DNA of 62,771 nucleotides, filler included, from Choristocarpus tenellus KU-1152 (Eukaryota > Protista > Phaeophyceae): NCBI GenBank assembly GCA_964200185.2. It is 10 parts of 10 records of this genome, joined end to end, with 100 filler letters (N's around TTAATTAATTAA, not from the genome) between each part and the next. Parts side by side here need not be neighbours in the genome. Positions count along the whole stretch, not along the records: positions 21,460 to 25,877 come from CAXNAD020014647.1; positions 25,978 to 43,159 come from CAXNAD020000706.1; 8 more parts are not named here. One strand, written 5' to 3'. Shown here piece by piece: positions 25,437 through 39,800 of this stretch; the stretch's first letter is position 1, and each line of letters opens with the position of its first letter. Below the pieces are notes generated by a model. It was not told the origin of the DNA, did not search any database, and worked only from the letters and a program-made list of their open reading frames with translations. A program made the translations under genes and the position numbers.

Positions 25437-25994
25437 ATTAACCCATGTATTCCAACAATGATCAACAATCCCCTCGTTTCCTTTGAGAACGGATCCTCAA
25501 AACTCGTAAGGCACAGTCAAGATCAATATATGTCCGACCAGATAAAAGTATATACTTTTATTAAAAGAAATATGTAACTCCAACTAGCCCCAAAACAGGT
25601 CAACAAATATCCTTGTCTAACCTGGGAAAATTTTCCAAGGGTCACAAAATACCATCAGAGTCGTGTTGCCCCTGGCCTAGTCCGAGTATACATTTGCTCT
25701 TTCTGAAACACACCTTCAAAATTTACAAAGTATGTATCTCTGACATGGCCTAAAATGAATGGGTCCCCAGTCCCAATCACTCTAAAATGTTATTAATTTA
25801 TCCACGTTCCCTTCAAGGTGTCCATAAGGTCACACAATGCAATCTCCGTTAAATTGCCTGGCCTAATCCGAGTATACNNNNNNNNNNNNNNNNNNNNNNN
25901 NNNNNNNNNNNNNNNNNNNNNTTAATTAATTAANNNNNNNNNNNNNNNNNNNNNNNNNNNNNNNNNNNNNNNNNNNNTCTGTAAGACAATGCGT

Positions 25995-26039
25995 GGAAAC
26001 CACTAATCAGTTACTTCACCACTATCAAATATTGTACTA
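25995..26039 (+). repeat. End of a dispersed repeat, 44/45 identical to 54748-54792
   Basis: GGAAACCACTAATCAGTTACTTCA(C/G)CACTATCAAATATTGTACTA at or near the start of two contigs. Confidence 0.85.
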
Positions 26040-29000
26040 TATTGAAAATATGAGCTCAAATGACGTGGTTAGCGCGCGCAATTATATATGACCGCGCGTC
26101 TTATGCACAAGTGTGTGTGTCGGAGATTTCAAAAAAGGAACCTGTCCCTGACATAAAGTGTCTTTCGAATTTACCACAACTGTTACTTTTATATCAGTCC
26201 TTTTGATATTGAATTGACTTTTTCTTTGACAAATCTGGAAAATATCCCAAAGCATAATAATAATTATATATACCATATGGTAAAATAATTGTATGTGAAT
26301 GAAACGTGGTGTTTTTTACAACAGATGATCTTAAATACATAAAATAAAAAATGGTAAATTTTCAAGTCAATTGAAGTGAAGGTATTTTCAAACATTGAAC
26401 GTTCACACCTCATCATGGTGCCTATGTTTACAAGTAGGTAGATAGATGTTTCGGCAGACAGATGATGTCGGGCTCATTTTTTGTGGAGTGGCAGTCACGG
26501 AGGGTTAAAAGATATTCCGTACGTAAACAATTTCCATAAACGCCATACCATCATATCTACACCATTCCTCTGTACTGTGGGCAAACTTCAACCAGTAGTT
26601 GGTGTCGTACTTACTCCTGTTATCCAGTACTATCTATCTCTGTTGGTATATCTTGATCTCCATTCAGCCGTTCTAGATCTCCACCCTAGAAATGAACGAG
26701 CTTACATGCCTGATCATCCCTCAACTTGATGTGCATATTTGTGCGCCACCTTGGGTGGATACGATCTCATTCTCCCGAACTACACTCACACATTCACACT
26801 TGGCAAGGAAAGGTAGAGCCTGCGGGCATGATAAGAGTGGCGACCAGTAGTGCGCCATCTATAACCAAGGGTGCATGGGAGTATGAGGGATCATGATGTC
26901 ATCAGTTGCTAAGAATAAAGTGTTGCATTTATATTAAAATAGAAAAATGCGTAAATATGCCACTGGCAAATTTTGTCGTTAGGAAGAGACCTAAATTGAA
27001 TAGAGGGCGAAAAAATTGCGAGTACTGGCAAGTGAGAGTCTAGGGATCGGACCTGTAGGTTCCAGGGAGTAAATCATTCCTTCCCAGTACAGATCCAAAG
27101 CGCTCATTATAACTAAAGGTTAACGTCTATCTCCGTCTTGTCTGCACCTCTGGGTTCGATTCAGCTCTTCTGACACAAATCTCGGGTACCATGGCTCGGA
27201 ATTTCAACCTATAGACCCTGCACCGTTGCTTGAGAAAAATTCAAACAACTCAGACCTATTTTGTTCCTGAAACTCCAGCAGGTACCTGATGAGGTTGCTC
27301 AGAGTACAAACTCTGGCTTGAACAGGAAACACAGGTCCACGCCTGAGTGCCTTTCTCATGCCAAATGTATGAGATCTGTTGTCAATATCTTCATACAGTG
27401 GTCAACAGCTAATGTGTATTTGCGGGGACTATGGTGCCATGGGCCTCACGTTGTGCAATGCATTGGGGATCCCATACCTTAATTGTGACCTCAAATAATG
27501 GAAATGAGTCTGGCACTGTGGAATGCCAGAATAAAAAAATCTGGACATTTTTTGCTAGATTTTGGCACTATTGATGAAGTCAAATTAAGTATTATTCCAA
27601 TTTTCCCTTCCTGTCTTTAATCTCCTGTGGAAATATATTTCTGTGATTGGTCCGGGCACAGAAGTGGGGGGGGGGTTCATATTTTCATTCCAAAAGAGAC
27701 TTGACCTCTTTTCTTTCTCTTTCATAATTACTGCTTCATTTCATAATTCAAGCGGCATGATGGACTGACTGACAGACCCTTCAGCAAATCAATGAACTAT
27801 AGTTTGAAGGACCCACCATTTGGGTTTGAGTTATGATTGATCAGAGGGTTGGGCTAGTTGTATGTACCTCTATCTGCCCTTCTGACCAAAAGAGGTTTGT
27901 CTGCTCAGCCATGAGTTTCGTTTCCTTTTTTAAATAATAAACGTTGGTGGCACCTCATAGCAGAATTGTTGAGAGGTATTATTTAGAGATTGGTGTACTC
28001 CACTTACATTACATACATGCAACTTCCATATATTTGGTGAACCACAGTCCAGTGGAGAGTTGAACAAAATAATGAACAGGCAGTTTTTGAGAATTTATTT
28101 CATGTGTGCAGTTGATTTAGGGAATAGAACTTTGTAGTTGAGGATATGGGAATATGATAGTGTAGCACAGAGGACTTCGGCTAAGCTTACCAGAATAAAT
28201 GGAGTAAGCCCCTGGAAGTTGATATCTGCACCCACCGCGATTTAGACCCGACTTTTATGGGACATTGTCATTCCAACACAAATAATGAAATTTAACAAAA
28301 CATGTGTGTTAGACAGAAGCACTCTTGTGAGGTGCCTTATATATATGTATGTATAAATAGTCTCAGCACTTGCATGACTTCTATTGATCATTTTATTAAA
28401 TTAATATCTCCTGACTAGAAAGTGGTACAGACTCGTCATGTTTTATACGTGGTAGTATTTCAGATGTATGCAAAGAAACAAAAATACTAAATTGAATACA
28501 TTTTCACAAGAATCACATCTGGTTCAAAGGAGAAATGCCTTCATATTTTCTTCAAGTCAGAATAGTTCAGAATAGTTATTGAATAAAGAAAAAAAATCTA
28601 CATGCAGTTCATTGATATCTCACTGAAAAAATAGTACAAGATAAAAGAAAGGACTTTCGAGAAAGGAATCAAGAGTGCTTTTCAATGCATCTATATTATT
28701 TTTACGCCCACAAACACTTTGCAGGTGACAACTAGCCACAAGGCTTAAAAACCCTCTTGAACCAATCTGTCGTTTAGGGAGGAGAGAGAGTATCACTCTC
28801 AAAAATAGGCATCAATCAACTTTCCTTCACCACTACTGCTGTTTACATGAAGACTTGACTAACACGTCACCAGGATGATACTGTAGAAGGCTCGCCCAAG
28901 AGACAAGTACAGTTTCCCTCACCTGGCCATCGAGAAATATCAACTGTAATAGGGACAAGTGATTATCTTAAGGGGCAAAATACAATGTTGACAAAAGCAA

Positions 29001-29441
29001 CTAAATAATGGGGATATTTGGCAACTTCAATCCAGGTTCAACATGAAATCAACACAAATAACAAGCAAGGATATGGCAAGAGTGAATCATCTCTATGCTC
29101 AGGGACAAAGGTACCATCTAGTGCGTCAACTCTGATCAAGGTTGATGTATGTGCTCTACATCTTCACAAATCTGCACTCCTTGAACACACACAAGTCTGA
29201 AAGTCAGGTTGCCTGACCAAGTTCTTCCAAAGGGAAAACACAACGACATACATGGTGCATGACCCAAAACACCCCCTTACAGTCACACACTATGTGGCAG
29301 GTGGATAGCACCCTGAGACCACACTCACCAAGTTGCAGGACATTAGGGAATCTATTCATTACATTTGCAACCTCCAGTCACACAATACTGAATTTTGTGA
29401 CCAACTTACAAAAGTCTACTTTTACACTTTCAAGTGATTTG

Positions 29442-32400
29442 TCACTCATTTCCCAATCCTTTCCGTTCCTCCTGTGCCTGCTCACGCCATCGTTCATTCA
29501 TTGCAAGGCGCCGCCGATCATCCATGGCTTGCTGTTGTTGCACAAGCATCCGAAGATGTTCCTTGAGCTGCCTACACTTGGGCACAAGACATCCCTGGTT
29601 GCCACATTCCCGAGCATGAAGCTGCAAAAGCGCCCAGGTTCGCCTGCAGATGTGGCATCCGCCCTGTGCACGCACTTGACAAACATGTGCATGCTTCAAT
29701 AAACCCTTCATCTTAACGCAGTTGTCCAAACGGCATTCCTCATTTGAACAAGCTGACGCATGCTCAAGGATAGTCATATGTTCTCTAATTGACCTCTCCC
29801 TAATGGCACGCTGCTTCTCTGTCTGCTGGGACTGATCCGTTGAGCCCACAACAGGCACAGGATGTAGTTTATGGGGGTGTTGAGCGCCTACTTCATTGTA
29901 GCAATCTTGACAAAGGTCATACACACACATGTCACAGTGATAACGCGTACCAGATGTGATCTCCTTGACACACTTTGTACAAGAAATGCGAAGCCGTGGT
30001 GCATCTGGATTGTGCAAGTGGTAGAGCACCATGACGGAAGAGTGCTTGGCACGACGCATAAGGTCAAACTGGTAGTGGTTCCCCTGACACAGGTTCAAGA
30101 ATGCCTGCCTTGTGTCAAAAAATTCACACTCCATCATCTCATCAGGGTCCTCAGTCTCATCAGGTTGTGCCTTCCATGCGCCCTCGCCATTCCCATGCAC
30201 CCCTGCCGCCGATATCCCTTGCTCTTTGCGTAACCTCTTCGCCATGCTTTCAGCAAACTCTGGGGGTTTAAGCTTGGCCACAATAAAGCAGTCCTCCATC
30301 GGCTGTAAGCTTTGGGCCAGCTTTGACATGACAGGGTCCTTCATTGAAACTCTTTTCTCCCCCTCATGTTTGGCACTCTCAAGAGCTAATTCCCCCTTCA
30401 ATTTTTTCTTTCGTTTATCATCTCCGTCAGTGGGGCTGCTTTCCCGCATCTCCTTGATAATATTCTCTGCCTCTCCCACCCAGTAGCCCCCCTCGAGGTA
30501 AGGCAGTGCCATTGCCGTGTTATCTGGGTTACGAAAGTACTCCTCATAGAGGTTGGACACCTTCAAATAAAAAACACAAATATCGCACAAAAGAGAAGTG
30601 TGAGACCATGACCACACTATTGTATTATAGGGATGGAACCTCACACTACTTCACACACTTAAAAAAATATTTCCTCAAGAAAGGTAGGTGCATGACACAG
30701 GTCAAGAGAAGCATTTTCTCCATTGTGCCTTTCCACACCCATCTACAAATGGTCGTGTGTCCCTCTGTTCACAGCAGCTCAAAGCATGGATCAAAGACAA
30801 GACCAATGCTAGACTGGCAGGTCTCCCACAAAAACAAAAACAACTTTCACGCATGTGATGGGCAAAATGTTCTCACCTCCACTACATAGCCCTGACTCTT
30901 GGCATACTCCAGCATGGTGATATACCATTTAACGAGGCGGTCATCCTTAGGTGTCTTCTGGTCTTCAGGGTGACAATACAGGATGTAGTCATCCCCCTTG
31001 CATGGTGGACAGGCCCAGATATGAGCCGTGTGGAAACCACGCTGCTTGACATATCCCAGGTAGCTAGCAAGGATCTCATGGTATACAATAGTTCGGTAAC
31101 AATCCGGAGTAAAGTATCGTACAGAATCCAAGTAGCTGATGTATACCCGGCGCTGATTGGGCAACGGGCACTTGTGACCATACTCATACACATACATCCC
31201 AAACAAAATGGTATCCACTCCATCCAAATTCTGGAAGAGTACAAGGCATTTGGAGCGGCATGGGAACTCAAGGGGATATGCCTCACTCTTGTACATGCTG
31301 TACATTTCCGGTCTAACCTGGTGTGTGCGATCCACATTTGAAACCTGTTCACCAGGCAAACACAAGATTAGCAACTGTCTCAATCAGCATGCTTGACAAA
31401 AAGAAAAAAGCATGTTCTTGTGAGGCATGTCTAAACACAAAACTACATCATTTACCTGGCGAATGAAGATTGGTGCAGCACGTTCAACCTTCTCCAATGG
31501 TAACCCCCTTTGCTCCGCCACCTTAACATACTCCAAATCCAAGCGCTTTCGAACTTGATTCTCAAGGAACTCGCTACACTTGGTATGAGGAAGGTCAGCA
31601 GCTCCAAGTGCCTGTGAAGGTGTACGTGCATAGTCAAAACTCCAGTAAAACCTCAAATTCAATTATACATATGCATTGTAATCAGAGACCTCAGACAGCA
31701 GATCACCTAACTCTATTTCAGCTGAAGGACACTTCTGAAAAGTGTACATCTACCCTCAGGAGGAGACATCCAACAGCACCACCACAGGGGCAGGGTGTTA
31801 TCCAATCGTGCTTTCATGATAGCTCTCATACCTTCACAGACGGACCCTCACTTCCTGCTGCTTGACGTCGCTTGAGGATGCATGTGGGACAATAGTAAAT
31901 GTTGCTTGTCTGATTTCGCCGCCCATTGAAGAGAGCACAGATCTGGTGGAACCAGCTCTTGCAGTCATCACACTCAACCCAAGGCTCCTCATGCACCTCA
32001 TCATTCTTCTTTTTTGTCAAGTCTGACTTACTCAGAGTTATATCTCCCATGCACAGCGGCTTGTCAGGATCCATGTCATTGAAACAATCACCACACCAGT
32101 GATACTGGTTGTTTCCACCAGAGTACATGAACACATTGCGTCGAATTTTCTTTCCATTGCACAAGCGCCCATTGCAGTAATAGACCATGGGCTCATACAA
32201 CAGTCGGCTGCAGCAGCAGAGGGAGCAGCCTGAGCCCCGGGTCTTGAGCTCCTCCTCATCTTCTCGCATGCGCTCCATTAGAGAATTGTGTGCCACAATG
32301 CTCTGACGCTTGTAGTCCTTAGCCAACTGGTTGATCAAAGAGCCTTCTTCGTTGTAAATTATGGCATTGTCAAAGGTGAGACACAGATCTTGAATGAAGC

Positions 32401-33771
32401 GCTCATAGGAACGATATCCTCCCGCTTCTAATTTCTTCTTGATTGTTCCAAGGTCTATGGGGCGCTTGATAACAGCGTGGTAGTCCTTTAGCCCAGGCTC
32501 AGAACTCGGATCAACAGGTTGATGAAAGGCTGCCCCTCTAGCATCTGCAAGTAGTCTCTTGATGATCGGGGTACACCTCTGCTTGACTCTAGAGAGGGTA
32601 ACAATCACACTCTTGCGAAGAGACTCAACATGACACTCTATCTGCTGCCGTGTGAATGCGCTCATCAGGGAAGCACCCTCATCGACACATTGTGCCACTC
32701 GCTGAGTCTGCTCGCTGACAACTGACACCTTTCCAATGCTGCCGGTACTTCTCCAGGTGTCCTTAGTTCCATCCGACACAATCCCCTGCCTTGTCCCATC
32801 CCTCACTTTGGGTCGCTTCCCCTTTCCCACTGTCTGCTGGGTATCTTTCTCCGACAACGCCATTTGAGTAACGCGACGTCTCTTGACAGCAACCTTTGAG
32901 TCATCAGTCCCTGGTAGAGCCTTGGGTTGGGGCTTGGTGTCTTCCTCCTTAACGACAACATCACTCCCAGTAACATTACTTGGTGGCACTTGGCCATTCG
33001 TGTCCTGCTGCCACCACTGTCCCATCTCCCGCTTTGCCTGTGCATGTTGCTGGTGTGGAACCTCTCGCTGTTTTTCCTCACGCTTGGGCAGCTGCTGAGT
33101 ATCATTTACGGCATCTGGTTTAAGTGCTGGCTTCATTAACTGCTCTGTAAATGAACATTGCTGCTCCAAATGAACCTGTGGATGAAGAGCAACAAGTGCA
33201 TCAATTTTGTCAATACTAGGGAGAAACACGTTACACAGGCAAGTGGCATTAACATCACAACACATACGGTAGGGTATGTCCAATAATCACCATTAACCTA
33301 TCAACAAGAATGCATCTCAGATGCATCTCAGACCCTGCGACAGGCAGCTGCAAAATCAGAATCATGCAATGGATGGCAACAGCAGTGTAACAAAACTTAA
33401 AACCTTACACTTAGGACTGCTGCCAAACCTGCTGCGCCAATTGGAAGCATTGCTGCGCCTGTGCCTGCTGTTGTGCCTGCGCCTGCTGTTGTGCCTTTAC
33501 CTCCTGTTGCGCCTTTACCTGCTGTTGCGCCTTTACCTGCTGTTGTGCCTTTACCTGCTGTTGTGCCTGCACCTGCTGTTGTGCCTGCGCCTGCTGTTGT
33601 GCCTGCGACTTCTGTTGTGCCTGCGCCTGCTGTTTTGCCTGCACCTGCTGCTGCACCTGCACCTGCTGCGCCTGCGCCTGCTGCTTCTGTACCTGCTGCT
33701 GCTGAGCCTGAAGCTGCACCTGCTGCTGCTGCAGTCTAAGCTGTTGAAGTTGCTGCAGCTGTAGCTGTGCT

Positions 33772-33803
<32 letters not shown>

Positions 33804-36800
33804 CTGTTGCTGCTGTTGTTGCTGCTGTTGCTGTTGCTGCTGATGTTGCTGTTGTCGCTGCTGCTGCTGCTGCTGCTGCTGAGCTTGCTGGAGTGCAAGC
33901 TGCAATGGTTGAACATGTTGGGCACCCTGTTGTGTCTGCTGCAGTTGTTGCAGCTGCTGCAATGAGATAGATTGTCCAGACGGCAGTTGAAGTTGTTGTA
34001 GCGTCTGCCCTTGTCCAAATGGCTGCTGCAACTGCGTCTGAACTTGAACCTGCTGTGTTTGCAGCTGTTGCCTAAGTACCTGTAACTGTTGCTGCTGCTG
34101 CAACTGTTGAGGAAACAACTGACCTTGCATCCCAAACAGTGCCATTTGTTGCTGACTTTGCCCACCTTCCTGCCCCCCTTGTCCACTTGGCGTTGCTTGA
34201 ATCTGGCCCACTCCTTGCCCTGGCACCTGCCCAGTACTTTGTGGATCCCCCTGCTTTGCTGCGTGCTGTGCACGTAGCTGCCCCTGCCCCCCTACCAAAC
34301 TAGTCCCATTATTCCTCGCTGCTGTCTGCAGTTGCAATGCCCTTGTCTTTTCGTAGTTGCGTTGAATAGACCCCCGTACAGGGCCACACACTGCACATCT
34401 GCAAGAATAAGTTGTGGATACGAAATTTACATCATACGCTGAATGCAACCACAGCTTCTTCTGACCATGCTATTGTAAAAAATATGCTAAGAAACATGAT
34501 AAAACAAGAAAAATGTCGAACTTTCTTGCAATTCAGTTTCCTACATGCGTATGTAAGAGTCACATCACAAGATGTCGATATACAAACTGCATAAAAAATA
34601 GATGAGGTCTACAAAACCCTCTCCAGATCTGACCCTGATCATTAGGTGTGAGGTGGAGAATTGTTCAAATGAAATTTTTAAAATATTATCTCAATATGGA
34701 TCCACATTGTTCTAACACATATAGCGATAGGATTCCGGTAGGACTACCCTATGGCAAGACACCCATGAACCTTCCTTCTCTCCATGAGAGAGAGGAACAC
34801 TGCCTTCCCAAATACCACACATTGACTCAAAAAAACCCAGGAGCAGAGCTCTGCAGTTCCATAACTTCAAATATATACTCCAAAAAAATCATCAAGAGCA
34901 TGAAGTAAGGCAATAGCAAAACAATAATTACACAAAGTGCTGTTTGCACACACCTTGGATCCTTGCAGCGGTGGTAGTGGCTGAGCACACAGCGGCTAGA
35001 GACACAGTGGGGCACTTGGCATGTATTGTTCTTGCACTCTGCAATGTGCTTCCACAACTTCTTGACATTGATACACTGCGGGATTACTGAGCATTTCCCA
35101 TCTTTTTGAGAACACTTGGATGCATGGCGAAGGAGAAGAAGACGTTGTTGCTGTTGACGAAGTACCTGTACAAGGCAATTTACCAAACATGAGACCAAAA
35201 TATTTGTATCAATGACAAATTTTCAGTAAAATAGGAACAGGATAACCCTCACAATGAAGTATCAATAACAATGATTTGCATACATGTCAAACTTGGACCT
35301 AAAATGTACATTTCACAATCCAAGGATGGTGATTCCAGTAAAATTATTAATACAAGCATCAAAAGACAGGGCTATAGGGTTGGTGTAGAATACAGCCAGC
35401 AATCATCAGGACACCAAGTATATGAAACGCACCTGTAACCTTTTCTCAGGAGTGTAATGTCGTTGCTGTGCCTGCCTTGACCCACCCTGACACCCACCCG
35501 AGGCCTGTTGCTGGTTTGGTGCTGGACTCTGCACAAGCTTTTGAAGACCAGACAGAGAATTCTGTCCACCAATATTTGGGCTACTCAGGATGTTTCTTGT
35601 CAAAAGTTGACTGAGCTGAGGGCTTACACTCTGAATATTCTGCTGGGGAGAGGAGGGGTTGGGTTGGCCAATATTTTGTATGCCTTGCATCAACTGCTGC
35701 AATTGAACAGTTCCACTCTGCTGTTCATGCAATCCCTGTGCCACATGCTGGCGTGCAACCTGTGCCTGGATGTGCTCAGCCTGGGAGGTATGCATCTGTT
35801 GAAACATTTCCATCGGAGAATTGGTGTTCACTGATCTCTTGATTCCACCAATATCATCTATGGCTCCTGGGTGGTTCAAATGCCCGGTCTGAATGTGCTG
35901 ACCTGCATCCAGGCCCGCATTCCCAATCATGGTGCCACCAGCTACGCCTGGAACGAAGCTATGGACATGGCTTAGCTGCCCTGTACTACCTGGTGGCACC
36001 ACCGCTGGATCCTCTGTAGGTAGACCATTTGCATGCTGTACACCCAGTGATGCATGCTGTAACAGAGAGTAAATAGGGTAAGGAAGTGTAAATGCTGGTT
36101 AACCACTTGGCACACAAGCCATTGCATGTTTATCACCACATCACACTATAACAAGAGACACATACTGGTATAACTCCCATTTGAGGGATTCAAACATTAC
36201 ACTAGAGTTGATCTTACCAACATCTTGCGTCAAAGTAGAAACTGTGGATAAACATGAGAAGTGCATCAATAATACAGGTGCATGGTGTCTACATAGAAAT
36301 GTCTTGTGACCCAAAGAAAGGTCAAAGTTTTGCATCATTCTTCTTGGAACAAAGTATGTGACCATGAAGAGACCTATGTCAAAATTGGGTTACCCATGCT
36401 ATTGTTATATTTGCAATTCAAGGCTGGTCCAGGTTAACCAGTTTGGTTTTTCAGTTGCTAGAAAAAATGGGAATAATAAAATATTCTAGTAAACCAGGAA
36501 AATCCTATAGTTTAGCATTTCTCACATAATGTAGCCACAAAAATGGCGGTACTGTAATTTCAGCCTAACACTAACCCTAACCCTAACTAAACACCACATG
36601 AAAGAAGGATGGACGCTAAGCACAATGTAATCAAGTACACAATAGGTGGCGGAGGTGGTGTGTCCTTTAACTGTGCTGCATAGGATTTCTCCTCCCTTGC
36701 TGTAAGGATCAACAGTCCACAAACACAACTCAGCAAGTAGCAGGGAGCATGTGTGCACATTTCATGGTTCATTCAGCCTTGTGGGCCAAACAATATCCAT

Positions 36801-39800
36801 TCTCTAGATTAGTCTCTCAAGAGCAGAACAGAAACAGTTACAACACATCTAACAACAAGGTAAATCAGGTGTGTGAAAGGTATTCCTGCAATTGGCTCTG
36901 TGTTTGAATTACAAAAAAAAAATAGGGTTTCCTTAACATGGAAGGCCCTAAACTCAGCTTGTACGTCCTATTTAGCTTGTTGCCTAGCCTAAATCTCATC
37001 CACAGTACAGGAGTTATGTTGCAAAAAAAGACTTTGTAAAGCTACAATGAATCTTCTGAAAGATGGAATGAATCTTTTTAAAACAGAAACGAATCTTTTG
37101 GGTACTTTGCTCTTAACATGGAAGTTTAACCAGAAAAACAAGTCAGAAAAAAAAGAGAACATCAGCAGAGGATTATCTCACTATTCTCAAAACTATCAAC
37201 CCTGCAGGAACCACATGAACCGTATTGCATGGCACCCAACCTGGAGTTGGTGGTTGATATGCTGCAGTTGCTGGAGTCCTAACTGGCCCACATCACCAAC
37301 CATTGACAAACCAGCAGTCCCCGTTGAGCTATCATTTGGTCCTTTAAAAGTCGTACTGTCAAACAGAGCACCCTCTCCACTCAAGTTCAGCAAACCACCT
37401 TGATGACCAGGTTGCTGCCCCCCTGGTCGCTGAGGAAACATATTTTGGCATGCACCAGGTACAAGTGGGCAGAACAATGTCCAGAGAAATTCATCAGGAT
37501 TGCATTGCAGGGGTGGGTAATTGCGAGTGACTAGGTAGACCGTCAGACATGTGCTTATTCCTGGAGGAAATCACACCTCACAGATCCATACTCTACAAAT
37601 GTGATTCGTTAAGCTCAACATGCAACTGTTACTGTCTACAATACTCCCAAGTCATACAAATTTTCTTCCACAACTTAATTATCATTTACACATCGCACAG
37701 AAGAGCCATTGACACAACACTGATCCACCAGACAAGCCAACTGCCGCCTTCAACATGCCCCATTCCCCATTCCCCATTCCCCCTTTCCCCCACAGCGTCA
37801 ACAAAAAACAGCACAATCACACCAAGGGAAAGGAGATCAAGCATCAAGACCTCGTACTCACCGTAACCTGCCGACTGCCCTCCTGTGAGCCTCCACTCGC
37901 AATGCGTTGAACAACATGACCAGGCTGCTGTTGTGACAACCCCTGAAGGTACACAGCATCCTGTCCCTGTTGATCCAGGAGGTCAACACATCAACGTAAG
38001 GAACATGATGAGCGGGATTAAAATGGAATAGACCCCAACGTTTGACATTTCCTCTCTCTCAAGTCTCCACATGGAAAAACAAATCTTAGGTTCAATGAGT
38101 ATGTCCACAATAGCATGCTGCAATCTTAATTTGTAGACATAATGTAACGTAACTACAAATGAGCACAAAAATAAGGAGCAGTCTCCTCCTGCACCCTTGG
38201 AAGACAGCACAGCAGGGATAAAAACTTGAGGATAAAAACTTCAGATTGATGGAAGGGAAAAAAAAAAGGGATCGACTAACAGCCAAAGGGAAAACATAAG
38301 ACTCTCTTTTACCACTAAATACCTGCATGTACGGAGCCCTGTTGTTTGATCCACCAGCAGCAAAATCCATCTTCAGCTTTCGCTTTTGCATCTTGGGACC
38401 CATACTCAGCGCAAGCTGCTGTAGCCGCAACTTAAGACTGCTCTCGTTGTTGTACTCCTGCTTTGAGCGTGCTGATTGGTAAAGGGACTCCTCCAGGCGA
38501 CGTGCCATGTGGGGTAGTTTGCTAAGCAGGTCTGGTTGATGTTGATTATTGCGTTCCTGTAGGAGTTGGATACTGGAAAAGAAAGTGAGGAGTTGTTAGA
38601 CAAGAGGCCAAGAAAAGTTTTGACCTCAACCTTTCCAAGACAGGCCATATGTCAATGAACACAAGCAATATGCCTATGGTTCATACGTCAAAGTTGCTAT
38701 AATTATGCCACGCCAAATCTCAAGAATATGTAATATAAAGTTGGAGGCAAAAATAATGACCAGGTTGATTGTCAACCCCAATGATTGTGAAGGAATGAAA
38801 TATCCATCTTTAGCCCCACTTTCTCCTGAAATGATATCATTCTGATTGGAAACAACACAATCCATTGAATGGTGCCCTTCAATGGATGTCTAGGACATCA
38901 CCTATCTCCAGGAACTAATAAAACGGTGCCATCTAAGGTTCAGTTGTACCTTCTCAGACTCCTTCAAAAAAAATAGTCAACTTAGTTCCTAGTGTTAAAA
39001 GCTACCAAGATGAGCTTCCACCCACCCCCCCATGAGAACAGTGTTTTACTGTTTTTCTCAGCCAAGCTTTCCAAGAATTGTATGTTCTGGAAATTGTTGG
39101 GTGACAACATGCTTTATCCAACATCAGGCTTGAAGCAATTATCCAAGTGAGATGTAGTTATTGACCAGAAAAAATAATGTCCAGGACTAACCCTGGAATA
39201 AGCTTCAATTGTATTATTACCTCTCGAAAACCCTGGCCTTTCTGAGTTGGACCTACACAGTGACAGTTCAACAATACTATACTTGAAACATCACAAATCT
39301 TCACCAATATTTATTTTTGCATTGACGGCATTCTACTACTGCAATGGCATTTCATGAACTACATGGCATTGAAAAAAAAAAATGCATCTATATACTCACA
39401 TTCGCGATATCATTTTGGTTCGGTCTGCCTTATCTGCATCAGACTGCCAAAAAATATCCAGACTTGACCGAAGTTGTTGTTCATCCAGATGGTCAGGCTG
39501 TGCTTGGAGCTGCTCTTCAGGTAGCTGTTGATGTTGTCGCCGTTGCAGGCGCTCCTCTCTCTGCTGCAACTGTTGCTGACGCTGCTGGGTATGCTGTGCC
39601 TGTTGTTGGTAGGACAGGACTCCATGCACTGTGGATTGAGATTGTGTCTGCACCATTTGTGGAATTAAATCCCCCGTGGCCGCATTGGCAACACTACTAC
39701 CCAGCGCTGGACTTCCAGCCTGACAGGACGACAGATGTAACATATGCAAGCAGTTACATATTAAAGCATTCAATGGATAGGATACTGAACTCTCAGAAGT

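Noticed and set aside
27150-27165. tRNA or SINE from a GGTTCGATTC B-box
   Set aside because: No T-stem pairing, A-box or cloverleaf.
27283-27340. Hammerhead ribozyme (CTGATGA..GAAAC with a CAGAGT/ACTCTG hairpin)
   Set aside because: The stem II closing pair is G-G, and I could not form stems I and III.
36565-36590. Telomeric (CCCTAA)n; also at ~49735 and ~59700
   Set aside because: Only 2-3 units at internal or intronic positions; not a chromosome end.
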